Assembly: GCF_001949145.1 (NCBI RefSeq)
Contig: NW_019091358.1
Location: 3,342,535 to 3,406,534 of the forward strand
Reading direction: 5' to 3'
Source of the DNA: Acanthaster planci
Taxonomy: Eukaryota
DNA length: 64,000 nt
Both the position numbers and the translations under genes were made by a program. Under the pieces are notes generated by a model. It did no database searches, was not told where the DNA came from, and saw only the letters and a list, made by a program, of their open reading frames with translations. This document shows positions 14,443 through 29,410 of the stretch, piece after piece. The first letter of the stretch is position 1, and each line of letters starts with the position of its first letter.

Positions 14443-16329
14443 CATGCCCGCTAAGTCATGTGACCTACATGTACATTGTATTGTGGGTATAAAATATCAA
14501 CAAACATGACAACCTCCCATAGCAATGTGTGTTTTAAGTGTTGTTTACCAAAAACAAAGCCAATTTTCAGTATAGCACTCAGCACATCAGTAGTCTGAGT
14601 ACTTTACTAGTACCAAACATCAGCTTTGTTTTATTAAATGACACTTATGACACACTTTGCTGTAGGGGGCACCCATGTTTGTTGATGTTTGATACCCACT
14701 ATAGGTCTCGTGACTTACTGAGTACAACCAGTCTACATGTATTTCACTCTAACCAGCAAAGAAGAGACAGGCTGGTGGGAAGTTTTCAATCAGGTTTGTG
14801 CATGTGCTCGGTACACTCGCAAAGACTACATTCCAACAGACATTGGGCAAGCGCGGTTAGTTTGTCTTGCACTAGAAGCGCTTGGTGAGTTCCCACCAAT
14901 TGATCATAGCACGGCTGCTACGCACATGTCACAAACACGCCCTCTCTTGTTTTACTCGGAGCGGATAAAGCAAGGATTCGGGTAGGATTTGGAACATCTG
15001 ATGTGGAAACTGAGGAAGAGGCTGATTTGGGTTCGTTTCTCACAAAAATGAAAGTTTGGGAAGGTGGGAAGTGGAACACTAACATGCTAGAGAAAGGGTA
15101 CCGTTGTGACACAACCACATTTGTTCCCATTCCGTCTTACTGGTACATGTACTTGCAACCTCTCAACTTAGTGTAATCACTTTCACTGGCAGGCAGGTCA
15201 TACCAGATCTACATGTATGTTACTTACACCGGTACATGTACAAATTTGATGTAGACATTAGATATTCACATGTACCCCATTTAAAAGTCAGCAGTGTGTC
15301 CCCTTGTGTCACATGTTGTACATATACATGTACATGTACCGGTATGTACATGTACATGTAAGCATTTTTGATTGACCTTACTTATAAATCAGCAATATTG
15401 AATTGAAAGCAAGTTTTATTTTGTGAACCTAAGAATAAAATGAAAGCAAAAAATGAAGTTTATTACAGATTAATTCAGTTATGATAATGAATAATTTAAA
15501 ATTTGAGATTTATCATATCTACAGTACTTGTTTTAAGTAACCCTTTTGCAAATGAAAGAGAGGCATGGAACTCAAAATAATCTGGCAAAGCCCATTTGAC
15601 AGATTGCTTTGAATGAGATAGATTCAGGGAGCATGACGAAGACTGGCTTCCTTGTGATAAAAGGCTATTAACGCCCCCAAACTACACATCATTATCATTT
15701 GCAATCCACATTCAGTGTGATTGACTGTCTTCTGTTACCTGTGCCTGGCTCAATAGTTAAACACCACTCTGCCATGTGCCTGTGTGCCTTGCTGGTCGGT
15801 CGGTGCCTATGTCACTTTTGTCCTAGAGCACATATTTTATTTTGCTGGCTGCAGACATGCCAAGTGTCAGACAGTGCCCACAGTACACAAATCTCTCGGC
15901 GGAAGTTGTAAATAATACACAGCATCCCTGCCGATAATTCAGCACTTTGCCAGGATGGAATTTTGATTAATTTATTTCATCGCCAGAGCTTTAAAGTCCT
16001 GACAAAGGGTTAGGGGGAACAGCCTTGCCTTATGCTTTCTCCTTGACGCGTTAAGTTTGGGATGTATTATGTCTACAAGATTATTTATTGCATATAAATT
16101 TTTTTGGGGGGGGGGGCAAAAACTTGCAAAATTGCCTCTACCAAATTGAATTGAAGACTTTAAAAAGTGGTCATTGTGTATGTATGCGTAATTTGCATCT
16201 CAGCCGTGCAAATTTATGTGCATACAGTATTGTTCGCGAACACACACATGTGTACACATGTACCATACAATTTTGTTTAAAAAGGACATACACATATATT
16301 CCAAACATGACCAGTACCAAGGATTTTGT

Positions 16330-16490
16330 GGGTAAATGTACATGTACAGTGCATGTAAACTACATGTACTAGTGCATATCCATACATGCTTAACGTACAT
16401 GTACACATGTACATGTACATGTACGCCACTTGTACATGTACGCGTACTGTACATCTTGCACCCGGTAAGTACATGTACATGTAATATACA
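16330..16490. repeat. (TACATG)n-rich low-complexity cluster
   Basis: Tandem and nested TACATGTA. A similar cluster lies at 15318-15360. Confidence 0.8.
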
Positions 16491-17129
16491 TTGTACATAG
16501 ACTGCATACTCGGGTAAATCTGCATGCATGTACCGGTACTCTATAGTGAAACCAATGCCCATTCATAAGTTTATGTACATACGTATATGTACATGCAATT
16601 ACTTACATGTAAATCATATATGGAGATCAGATGATCCTTTTGATGAGATTTTTCTGAGGAAGGCTCTAATGTTGTCAGTGGATTGCTTACCAGTATACTG
16701 GGAATTATCACAGCAGACAGAGATTGGGTTCTGCATAATGAAAAATGTTCTAATCAGACGATCATTTTCAGAAAGGCCTTTGACAAGTGCAATTTCAGGG
16801 CGTACATGTAAGTGCACTTTCTTAGAAAATGCTGTTTGGCTGGAAATTAATGAGATATTGAATGAGAAATGGAAGCACATAACCGGCATGGTTTTGCCTT
16901 GTTTCCAAAGGAGAAACCAGCAGTAGGCCTACATGTACATGTGCTTTATGCCCTTTGGAGATGTGTGGACTGCATGCAATTCCACAAGGGTTTTAGCTAG
17001 CGTTTGAAGACAGGGTAATCCATATTTTGCCTTTGGAAAAACAGGCCGTCCAAGGTGTGAAAGTTTTAGAATACATTGTACGCTTCTTTGTACGTGTGTG
17101 CATTTTGTGTCAGAAAGCAAGGTGTCCAC

Positions 17130-17955
17130 TAGTCTAGGTTGGATGACGTTTACATTGCATTGCGAATAACGTCCAGGGGGGTATTTAAGATCTTCTACTA
17201 TGCGAATTTTTTTTCAACAGTTTTTCTCACATTTTTACCTGATGAAGACAGCTCAAAATGTTGTTCCCAAGTGCCTTGTATCCTGAATTCCATACGTGCT
17301 GTGTTGAAATTACTAAGTATGCCCGCGGACGAAAAGTATACGAAAGGTATTTTGCAGGAAATTCTGCGAAACTCCACGTTTTCCGCTGAAATTCGTTAAC
17401 GACCTACGTTTGTGCGGTAGTATGCATTCGCGCGTGTGCGAAATGACCTCCAAGCTCGGCCAACATTCTGTCAATTATACATGTTGTCTACAGCTAGGTC
17501 TAGATCTTCGTTCCATTACAAATACGTGGAGATGCGCAGACAATAGACCTAGTCGTTTCTTTGGAAACCTGTTCGGACATGGCCTTATCTGCAACTTCTT
17601 CACGCCCACGGCTCTTCAGCGTATGCATAAGGGGCACTTGGTTACTTTGCATTTCGTGCATGTGCGAGTACGCATGTCAGACAAATGTGTATGTAGATCT
17701 TTAACGAATGGCGATGGAAAGCGTGGAGTTTCGCAGAATTTCCTGCAAAATACGTTTTCCACGGGTGTATTTAGTAATTTCAACACAGCATTTATGGAAT
17801 TCAGGATACAAGGCATTTGTGAACGACATTTTGAGCTGTCTTTGTCAGGTAAAAATGTGAGAAAAAACTGTTAAAAAAAATTTTGCATAGTAGGAGGACT
17901 TTCATACCCTGGACGTTAGTCACAATGCAATGTAGACGTCGTCCAACCTGGACTA
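17130..17955. mobile_element. Foldback-type non-autonomous DNA transposon with ~300-bp TIRs, TAG...CTA termini and 9-bp TSD (AcademH- or Mutator-like)
   Basis: 17130-~17445 is an imperfect inverted repeat of ~17650-17955. GGTGTCCAC at 17121-17129 and 17962-17970, the right copy displaced by an extra CATGTA. Confidence 0.88.
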
Positions 17956-20900
17956 CATGTAGGTGTCCACAAAGGCCTGCAGGGTGACCAAACGACTCCC
18001 GGACCTTTCCGACTAAAATGTAACATTGAGGAAAATGGAAAATGCCACATGCGTTGAAACTGGCCCTTTGGGTAAAGATTTCTGTCTTTTTTTATTGGGC
18101 AACAAATGATGTGTACTAGTATTATGACAGTTAAATTATAAAATGAAAAATGAGTTACATGTACAGTATGTGTATGAAAGAATAAGAACTGACATTTTTT
18201 TTGACATTGTGTCCCTTAAACCTTGATTATCATGGGAATGAACTCCTCCAAAAGCTGTAAATGGAAAATGCTGATTTGTATTTGGTACCATTTTGTGTAC
18301 TGTGTAAGTGGTGTGCTCATGTTTTGAACAGGGATGTCAGATGTCAGCAAAAGCCTGATTTCTGGCCTTCTCGTGTAAAAAATTGGGCTAGATTTATGCA
18401 TTAACCTGGTGTAGGCCCATGTTAGGCTTCTCTGGCCACATGTTGAAGCTCTGGATAAGAACGCGACTGGCATCCCTATTTTAAATAGAGTAAACTCTGG
18501 CTGAGTTGACATCGTACAACTCAGCAAATTGCTCAAGTTGGCAGTCTTACGAAAGTCCCGATTGTCTCTAATGTGTTTCCATAAGTTTTATTTTTAAGTC
18601 GTCATTTTGCCTACGTCAGCATGTTACTCCCAGTCCCATTTGGAAAAAAGCACAAGAAAATCCTTTGTTCAAGTCAGCGTTTATAATAATCCCCCATCGG
18701 CATCAACTTCTGCACTGTGGTTTGCAAGAAGTGTATAAGTGAAAGTCAGATGGCGATGTCCGTTTATTGGCACGGTTCGTGAACGCTGCATTGGTGTTTA
18801 TGTAGCATTACAGTCAGGACACATTCCAGCACAGTGTTGCATGCTTTGCTACCACGGACTTATCCCAGACCTTTCTCTACATGCACGTGTACATTTAGAG
18901 GATATCACATACATGTGTACATGTTATGTAAAATGGTGTTGATTTTTCTTGCCAATAATATGTTTGTATGATAGTAGGGTATGAGGAGTCAAAATTGATC
19001 ATTTCTGCTTTCCCACGGTCCAAGCATGAGACAAGTTGCCTTGCGAGCGCAGTGTGGTAGAAATGCACAAGACTTGATTAAGCATGTGTGGCACGCGGGT
19101 TCCTACCGTAAAAAATGGCAAGAACAGCATGGAATGGCCGGGACCCAGTGACGACCGCGACAGCTCAAAGTACAACCTGAACTTTGACACATCAAAAACA
19201 TGAAGTGATCAAATATTTCTGATCTGAAATACTTCAGTGAATGAGCTCATTCACAGAACCAACTTCCCCTCTATGGTTAGGTATTTTCAGCTTTCATGTA
19301 TTTTGAAGGTTTTAGTATACGTATTTTCAGCGGTCCAGTGAAGCACAATTTTTTGTTGGGCTGTCACCGGGCGAATTCAGCGCTTACTGGTCCATGTACA
19401 TGTAAATGCAGACGTGCTGTTCGCACTGATGGACCGCTGCGCTTCACAAAATCCAATCCCTGCATGTGTCAAAACTTTGGAGCATTGCAAACCATGTTGC
19501 ATATTTCATTGTGTCTTCCTTCTTCCGTGCTCAGACTAGATATTTTGAGCATTGTAACCCAATTACGTTTGTGTACATTTTTGTACATATGCAAAGGTCA
19601 TCATTTCATGAAGGTCGGCAAAATGACGACTTACAGTAGAAGTCAGCTTTCGCATAAGTCACAAATTTTGGGGTCCCCAGGGTGCCAACTTAGCCGGAGT
19701 TTATTGTATGATTGCTTTGATACGTATGTAAGAGGCTATAGTTTTTAAATAGTAGGATTTCACATAATTAAAATAATATGAAATTGTTACCTATTATAAT
19801 CGTTAACCTGCCAATATTTACCCAGTACACAATTTTATTAATTTTTTTTTGCCCATGATGATTTTTGATTGCTCAACCTTGGTATTTATGCGCAAAGAGA
19901 CCCTATTATTTCAGGATGGCTTCAAATCCAATTGTTATCAGAACCAGAGGAATACGGTTAAATGTACAGGTACAGGGTGAGTGTACACAGGCACATGTAA
20001 GAAAAATGACCCGACCTTTGCTCCCAAATGGGACTTTGTCATGGGCTGTTGTCACTGTGAAACTTTGACATTTAGTGATCACCTTCAGGAAGTGAGGCTT
20101 CCACTTCAAGCCCACATTATTTCCTCTTGCTGACACTGATCCTCAACAAATGCAGGGTCAAATGCAGGGAAAAAAACGAAAACAAAAAACAAAACACAGA
20201 AAAAGGACATGAAGTACAGTTTACATGTACTACACCGACATGTACCAAACTCTGCATATCTGTTCTGAAGAGTACATGTGCATTGTATTGTGTAAATCAG
20301 GGTTCTACATGTAGCCAGCTGTCAGTCACAAAGTGGCGAATATTTACAATTTTTGCCTGTAATCCTGAGCAGTTAGCAAGAAAAAATGAACTGCATAAAA
20401 ACCTAAGTGGCTGCAAAAATGTGCATTCAGCTGAAACTGTGGCTGTTATTGAAAATTGGCCAGCTGGAATACTGTATACGGTAGTCAGATATAACAACTT
20501 TCCAGTTTCATGAGATTCACTTTTATATTCTGCCTTATAGGCCGCCCTTTCCTTGTTTCGAGATTACTTATTGTTAATTTTATTGTTTTGCCAAGTAGAA
20601 AAAATAGAATTCACTGTAGCGCTGGAGAGGAACGTGATTTGAGTTCCTGTGATCCTCAGGGTTGGTTCTTGATCAGGCGTCTGGACTTCCCCCTCAAAAG
20701 AGAGAAGGAAAAAAAAAACTCTTACTAGGACTGGACAGTTTGCGTTTTGATGCCATTGTTGTCCTTTAGAAAAACCTCTCTGCGGGGTGATTTCTGCAGA
20801 TTGGCAGCAATCAGCCTCCTGTCCCTGAAGAAGACTTACAATAAAAATGAAATTGCATGTACCATGCTTCACATCCCATGTCTCCATGACAGAAATTATA

Positions 20901-23900
20901 CAGTCCTTGGTGCATTACAAACGAGTTGATATATATGTACATGTACACGGACCAACGTACATGGACACAGTACCCCCACCGTCCTTTCAAGAACAGTTTA
21001 AAGTAACCCTGTACGCGTTTCGTTTACACTGAGCTGTATGCATCTTCATTTTGTGTACCCCACCTCACTTTCACGTCACCTCTCAGTCTACCCTGAAAGG
21101 TGTATTCTGCAACTGTCACATGCCTGTCAAATTGTCACCTCCAGTGAGTGTTTGCCTCCCCAGCTGACATCTTTCGTGGTCGTGGCCCGTCATCATTTTT
21201 ACTTCTTTTTTTTTTCGGGGGGGGGGGAGAGGGAGAAGAGGGGAAGGGGGGACACAAGAAGGCTCCTGGGAAGAATACCTGCCTCAGAGCGTGGCTCGTG
21301 CACCCGAATCAGCCGTGCCACATTAGGCACGGACCGTTCTGCCCTGCATTGTACGTCTATGATCTCCATGTACAATGTACATGCAAATATTTGGGGGGGG
21401 GGAGGGGGAAGAGAATTCGAGGTCTGACATGAGGAGATGTGGCAGGATTGCTCAGTAATCATTCATGATAGAGAGAGGCATACAGCTCCTCCCACGATGG
21501 TATCTTTAGATTATGTCTCTGCCATCACCTGTATTAGTCACACAGATACCACTGAGTGGAATTTATGTTTAATATCATTCAAGGGCCACCAGTATTGACA
21601 AAAGACCCAATTGATTACCATGTGTGATGTGGACTTTTAAGCAAGCTATTCCAGAGGGCAAAATTGTGGTGAGACACTGATGTTCTTATGATTTGGGGAT
21701 GGTTTACCTCGTCTGTCTGAACAAATGAACCGGTAGATGACAGTCTGCTCATTATAGCGGTAGGTCATCAGACCTCATGTGAGGCTAAAGACTAATAACT
21801 ACAAGCCTGTACATGTACAAGTAATTCACTCTTTGGCTAAAAAACCAAAACAAAAAAAAAACCCAAAAAGGTAAAATTGACTCAAAACAAATTTATGTAC
21901 AGTAGATACATGTATGTGTCAGTACCTAAGTAGTAAACAATGTCGGCTGTGATAACTTTTTTGCTTAACTTTTGATTTCAGATTAGAGTTGTTCACATAA
22001 AAATCTGCTAAGCAGGGGAAAAAACTAATTTGCCAGAAGGGTTTACCAGCCAGAATTTCATGCTATTTGTGTTGGTTGGGACTGGTTCCCATACTTAACA
22101 CATAAGCTTTGCCCAGCAGCATGTCCTACTTGTCAGCTCCATGGGTCATGTGTGTGCCCCTACGGTAGTTACTAAAACTGAATTTGATATTGATGGCAAT
22201 GCAGAATACATATATCGGTACATAAAGGTGAAATTGTACATATAAGTTCAAATCTGATATGAAGGGCTAAGTTTACATCCATCTTTCTCAGCATCAGTTT
22301 AGCTTACGCTTAAGCTGATCACGTTGATGTCATCAGGGTTATCGGACAAACAGCCATCCATAATTAAAAAGATCGCTTACACCAAGGGTGATCATCCCCC
22401 ATAAACAAAACCAGCTCGATTGAGTTCTCTGAGAAACACCCCTGGTGTGAGAGAGGTGTCATCTGGCATCCCTGAAGCTATTTATTCAGACATGCTGTGC
22501 TTCCGAAAGAAACTGTAAAACTTACATGTAAATCAAAAACAAAATGAAAAAAACAAATGCCATCATAATTCACTGTTCTCAGCCACATCCTGTTTTCCCA
22601 CAATTACTGTCGACAAGGCTGGGAATGGGGGTTAGTCCTAGGGGACCAAGAACATGTAGTTGCTCTCTACATCGCCAATATTTACAGTCAGTAGGGAACA
22701 CGTTGCCCACGAACAAGCTTGAAGCTGAAAATTTAATTGACCAAGTATTGAAGAAACCGTAGAGAGATTGGACTACCCAGAATTTTTTCATCAATTGTTT
22801 GAATAATGGACACAAGTGGCTGCTTTTGACATTGGGGCTACAGGGGGAAGCATTTTGAGATTTACATGTACATCACAGAGTTTATTAATTAATTGGAGTG
22901 GTGTGCACCGGAAACAGCTAGTTTTTAGTCCTGAATGTACCAGTATACATGTATGCCTGGCTGGCAAGTGAGCGGTACATGTGTACACCATTTGTACATG
23001 GTACAAATGTACATGCAGGACATCTATGCGTATATCAATAGCAGAAATTTCTGAGTTACAAGTGTCATTGCTTGGCCCCAATTTTAATCAGGTAACTGCT
23101 CAGCTAAAGTATGGCTCAGTCACTGCATTATTCCAGTGAAATTAAAATGAAAAGAAATCAGAATCAGCTTACATGTACATGCCGTGTGAGACATTTCGGC
23201 TGCCCACCTGTCTTGCTACTGTAAATACTATAGGCCTAGAGCTATCATTAAAAAATGTGAGCGCTGACTCATGTACAAAGTGATGCCTGCTGAGTGCATC
23301 CATGTCTTCTCACAGACCTACGGGAAACCTCAAAACATTTTACAGCTTTTGTACGAATATTTGCATATCTGTGTCTGTATTCTAAAACTATGCGTCAACA
23401 AAGCCTAACGTGCAGTCAGGAGATGAGCGTTTCATTTTTCTCTGCGCGGACAATGCAAATGCAGTCCAATTTGATTGGAACCCGATATGTGTTGCATTTA
23501 AAGTAATTTGTTATACTGTTACCTGATGTTCTACAAGCACACGCATGGATTCAAAATATCTGCGCCCAGGATGGCGTCAATTATTCCCCGCACAGAGACT
23601 GAGAAGTTAGTACTCTACCCGTATTAATTTAATATAGCCCTGTGGTTAATACATTCTACACAAAACAAGTTTTTTGATTATGGAGCTCCTCTGGCATTGG
23701 CCACGATTCTTGAAGGAGGTGAATAGGGTTAGACTTTAATCAACAGCGTATCCAGCTTTTGGTATCGGAGGAGGGGGGGATTCAAATGCGAATGCAGCTT
23801 CGGGCTCATTCAACATGATCATGGGGGGAGAAGGCGGTGCAGGCGATGCACTGGCTGAATGAGGGTACGTGTACGAAACACTGCAAATTTATGCCTATTA

Positions 23901-26900
23901 TTTTATAAAAAGGTACATGTACATGTACTTCTACCATTATTTTCCTATTATCGTACATTGTGTACAGATGTATTTATCATATTTGCCTTAACGTGTATAA
24001 GAGCTCAGTCATTTTGTCACTTTATGACAAAAAACAAAAACCAAAGGGACGCATTGGATGATATGAAGCTCAACACGATGTGGTCTCCGAAGCGATGTTG
24101 TCAGCGTCAACAACCGGATGGCATTTTTTTTTGGTGGGGGGGTCTGTACACCAACATGTTAGCCGCGAAACCTGATGCGGTCAGCTGAGCCGTCCCAGCG
24201 TCCCAGCCTCCCCTGCCGGGAGTATCACATGAACCAGTGTCATAACATGGGCTTCCACAGTCACGCAGCTTGAAGTTTTAATGTTGGCGAGTTTCTTTGC
24301 TCCCTTTGGGAAAAACAATCTGCAGATGCCTCTTGCTGGTGGCATGTGGTTTTTTTTTCCACCAGTCCCCAGAGACTGTGTGTGTAGCTATCCTGCGCAT
24401 ACAGTGTACACGTATGCATGCAAACTCTGCAATTACCGGAATGCAGATTCCGTTGCAAGGTACACAGATTATGCCATCTGCGTGTACCCTGAAGTCCATA
24501 TCAGATTTTAGAATTGAGAGCTCATATTTCACATACATGTACATGTGTTTGAATGAAGGTTTTTTCTTTCATTAAGCTTGTACAGCTCAGAAAACTTCTA
24601 TGTACAGTACAAGAATCTATGTGTATTGTGCAACATTGCTGTCACTTGTCAAATACACATGTAGCCCCGTATGATTTTACATCAAGTACTAATACACATG
24701 GCCCTGTGAACAGGGGTAATATATGTACATGTACTGTAGGTAATTTTGAAACACTCCCAGTCATTAGTACAAAATTCAAATTAACATACATGTACAGGTA
24801 GGAAAGCAGTCCCGTAAATCTTTAAATGTTTATGAAGACAGACTACATGCACCATTACCGAGGTGCTGAAATACCCTGAGATTCATTTGCACACGGTGAA
24901 TCATGAATAGGAGAAAATTGCACAAATCTAAGTTGCAATGAAGACATTATGACTTAAGAGGTATCGTCAATCAGATGCTGAATTCTTGTAGGAGACTTAA
25001 TTCAATTAAGGTAAACTATAGTAGATTTGGAGGGGAGCCAAGAAATGCCACAAATGGACATTAGTGTATCAGGAATGGAAGGCCAGCCTCCCCATTAGTT
25101 GTAAATTAATTTGTGGAGTCACCTCAGAATGAAGCCATCTCCGAGCCAAGTTGCAAATACAAACTTTCCTTCCATGACAAATGACCTGGTGATTTTTCTA
25201 GCCTTCATAAAACTTCATAAAGCTTGGCCAGTGGTTGTACAGCAAGAAGTCAATGATTCTGGGTATGTTTTGTCCACACGAAGATTATTTACACGTAAAT
25301 TTTGGACAAAACTAAACATTGATACATGTAACTGATGCACTTACGATCTTCAAAGTGAGTTACAAAGTGTTTTTTGTAAAGTAGAATCAAATCATAATGG
25401 GATAACACTGGCAGAACATTTACACATGTACGGTACCTTAAATGTATCATTTTGGAATCATTTGAGTGATCCTCAAAATCCCTGTTTCTTGGAGCGAGAT
25501 TGTGGCACCTTCCCCATTGCAACATGGTGGTATTGAGAAAAGGTGCCAAACAAGATTCAACTAGTGTTTTTTCTCAACCTTCAAATCCATCGCATTTGGG
25601 TATCACTCGGGCCTGTATACATGCACATTATTTTCATGTATTGATCCTTAAGGCCCTCTACCTGAGTGCTGAAAAAAAGGGGTCCTTTGCAATGAAATCG
25701 CATTGATGCGACAATTACAGAGATACAAATACAGTGCCATGTGAAAATGTATCCCTGTCACCAAATCGTAAGGGGCCCTAGGGGTGTGATCTTCACACAG
25801 ATCCAGACGTCCTCCAAAATTTTGCAAAGATGCGAAAACCTTGCGATTATCACCAGGATTGGTCGTGTGAATGTAATGCGTGCAATTTTTGCAAGGACGG
25901 TGTGCGTTGAAGTCTACTACTCGTGTACGCCCTTGGCCTGCCGTCATTCAAAATGGCAGTTACCAAAAATATACCAACCAATTAAGCGATACTCTTGATG
26001 CCATCTGGTCCCTTGCAAACTTCAGTGCAGTGTGTATATATACGTTAGTGGGGCTGTAACCAGATCTAAGAAGTTCGGGCTTTATCCTCTTGAGCCAAGA
26101 GTGCTATCAACAAATTGGACTTTACATTCTCTTTTTAAAAATTTCGCTTAGAGCCTTGAAAACGGAAAAAAAAATTTTCTTCACTGTATTTTTAGTGATT
26201 GAACTTGATGTTTTTTGTTTATAATCTGAAGCGTACATTATGTAGGATAAAGCTTCACACTCGGCCCTGGTAACAGGGCTATTAGGAGCTGGCAGAACAA
26301 AGCGTGTTGCTGCTATGTCTACTCGTGAGTCCGATCAACAAAAAACACCAAGGATCGTCACGAAATTAAGTTACAAAATCTAGAAGACGGACAGGTGCAT
26401 AGCAAGGGCAGCTTCCAACAGGCGAATTATGTTTCATCATCGCCGAATTTGTCCGAAAAATGTTTGTGGAAACTTGCAAAAAAAGTATGCCCATATATGT
26501 CAGGAAAAAACACTGGTGCCCTATAATTCCACTCTTCAAGGAGTATCGTAGTGCCAGCGATACCGATGTAAATGCCGCAAAAGGAGGGGGTGTTGGCTAA
26601 CGTGCTGCATTGTACCGTGTGAAAGCTTACGATGCAATCGCAGGTGACCCTTGCAACAGACACTCTGTGCCCAACATCACAGCTGTGTGTTTCCATCATT
26701 TGTGTGAAAAGGCCTATAGTCTCTATGTAAAGTTAGAGGGAAGGTGTAATTCAGTCAATACTGGGCACATGGTATCCGATCTTTGTATACATGTAGATCC
26801 TTTACATACGACAGATGTGTGGGGATGTGTTTTGTCACATTGATTGGGCAGTACTCAGTTGGGATGCTGCGACTTGCCAAATGCAAGATTGCATCAAGCG

Positions 26901-29308
26901 CAAGAATTCCCGTGCGAGTGTGCATGGTGCCAGTCCAGTTAAGGTGTCTCCACTGATTGGTCTACCAGTACTGGTACCTGTGGAAAGAAAAGCACCACCC
27001 TCAAAGATGGCTGTCAGGCCTATGAAAGGGTAGGGAAGGGAAGGGGTTGTGAGAGGCTGAACAACCAATCTCAAATTCAACATGGACACCGGTACATTGT
27101 TCTCTTCCTTTTTGGGGGGGGGACAGAAATCGTCAAAATGTGGACTCATTCATACTCAGACATTTTTGTGTTCACCTGCTGTAAAAGAACTTTTAACTTA
27201 GGTTTCTGATTTTATTGGTTGTTGCAGACTACTGTTACTTGTGTACATGTATGCAGTTTGATGGTTAAATGCCAAATTTTTATTGGGAGCATGTAAGAGG
27301 TCTAGCTCCATGTAATTTCAAACTTCTATATGTATCTATATGCCTGGCACCGGGCTTGCACTACAGGCTTGGCGTCATGTAGCATTTTCAACCATGGACA
27401 AAATTCCAGGCTCGGCATGCCTCCGTTTGCTGTGTAAGGTTTCTCCCCCTGCCGTCCCAATGACAGTGTACACCCAGACCACATAAACAGGTTCAGAGTG
27501 TAACGGGGGAAGTCTGGGCGGTCCAAGGGAGTATTTGTGGTGGAAACTGACACCCGAAAAACAAAATGCACGATCAATTTTCACTTTTCATGCTGTCCAA
27601 AAAACCACCATCCAGAATTCGTGCAGCAAATGTCATGAACACTTTCGAGTGTTTTATCCTTGTGTATGTGTGGGTGTAAGACGCGGAGGAGACCGAATGA
27701 AATGACGATGATCTTTTTTTCCCTTTTTTCCTACATCTATTTGATATGTGGTACCATGATGCTGACTCCCTTGGGCAAAACATCTGGCAAAAACTTGATT
27801 CGCAGCTTGTCAAAGTTAAAGTGGATGTCTAGCAATACTTGTACAATTCAGTTCATTTCAAAGGGTTTCTACATTTATGTAGAGACTTATAATAGTAAGG
27901 CTTTCATCTGAAATGTACATGCACCGTACCATGCTTGTATTTTACATGAAATTTCCCCTTTAACTTGTCATACCATAGTTATGGGATTCGACTACGTGTA
28001 GATGTCTTTTAACAGTGTCTAAAATCGCAGGAGCAGACCTGTGTCAAAACTATGGACTTTCCGTTGAAGGAGGGCATTCCTCTGCCTTTTTCTGCCCTAT
28101 CCAGTGACCCCTTTTTAGACCCTCCGTCCTCAGAAGGGATGTTCATGTACAGATGTTCTTCAGCCGGCAGCTATTGTCCCCCTCCCTTCCCTGTCCCCTT
28201 TTCAAAAATATTCCAGCGCCAGTGTTCTATAACTTCTAATCTGTCTTGAACCGTTCTTGCATTTGCACATGTCTGTTTTTTTTTTAAGGCATCTTGCTTA
28301 AAAGATTACACTGTTGCAACAGATTCTCACGTCAATTTTGTTCACTGAAGGAAAGGAGGCAAATGGCATGGGTTGAATGCGTACGTACTTCAGTCACTCA
28401 TCAGTGGAGGTTGAGGTAGCATAATATGAACATGGCATGCATGTACACACCATGTCTGCATGTACAAGACATGTACCATGAATGTACGTTATTGAGTGGT
28501 CAGAGAGGATTGCTATCCATTTCATAACACTGTTGACACTGAGCAGTGGGGCTTTGATGTGCATGCAGAGTACTGTCATGACTACCTGTACGACGTCATA
28601 TCACATACAAATGATACCGGTACATTGAATGCATGCCTTCATGCTTGCTCCATATACTGGTAGCATGTATTTGCGCAGCAGTAAAACTTGCCAACATTCA
28701 AGACAGTGCCTACATATACGGTAACTACGCGGACTGGTACGTGTGTTCCAGTAACTTATATACACAAAGCTTGTTTTCATAGCGATCATTGTACATTCAT
28801 CTGCGGGAATTCCGGTACATGACATCCTGGCGACGCCCAAGTAATGAGCCTAATTGAGGATGATGTGGCATGTTAACTCTTGGTGCTGCAGGTAGCAGTG
28901 TCTGCTTAATTGCAAAACCCTTAATGAATCAGTTGATTCAAGGTTGGGGAAGGGATGAGGGTACACTGCCAGTGATGAGCTGTGAATGCACTTTGAAAAT
29001 CCGTAGACTTCAAGATATTTTCTACATTCAAAATACATGTACCGGTAATTAAGTCTTCTGGAGAAATTTTTTTCCCTCCTCTGTGGGGAGGCGAGAGGGA
29101 GTGTGCACACGCATAAGGTGCATTTGAATGCATTCATGAAGGATACTAGGCAAATGTCAGGAAACTTATAATGGGCTCCTGTATATTGCTTTAATTGGTA
29201 GGTACATATATACATGACTGCTTCCTGTTTTCATGGCTTTTGTATGGGTGTGCCAACCTTGCAGTCTTCGAGTGGATCTGAGAAGAAAGAGGTCCACATA
29301 TCGTACTA

Positions 29309-29368
29309 CAGGTGGTGTAAAAAGCTTGTGTGGACTGAGTCTGGTCCATACAAGGTTTTACCCTTCTG
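29309..29368. repeat. ~60-bp palindromic dispersed repeat (second copy at 60568-60618)
   Basis: CAGGTGGTGT...CTTGTGTGGACTGAG.CTGGTCCA.ACAAGG is shared by both loci. Confidence 0.7.
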
Positions 29369-29410
29369 TGGAATATGGAATGCTAAAGAGGCAAAAACTT
29401 GGAGGCAACA

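Noticed and set aside
16200..16562. ORFs rich in VHVHV, YMYM and CTCT
   Set aside because: Translations of TACATG repeats, not proteins.
17410..17874. Mirror-image ORFs in the foldback element
   Set aside because: By-products of the inverted repeat, with no domain.
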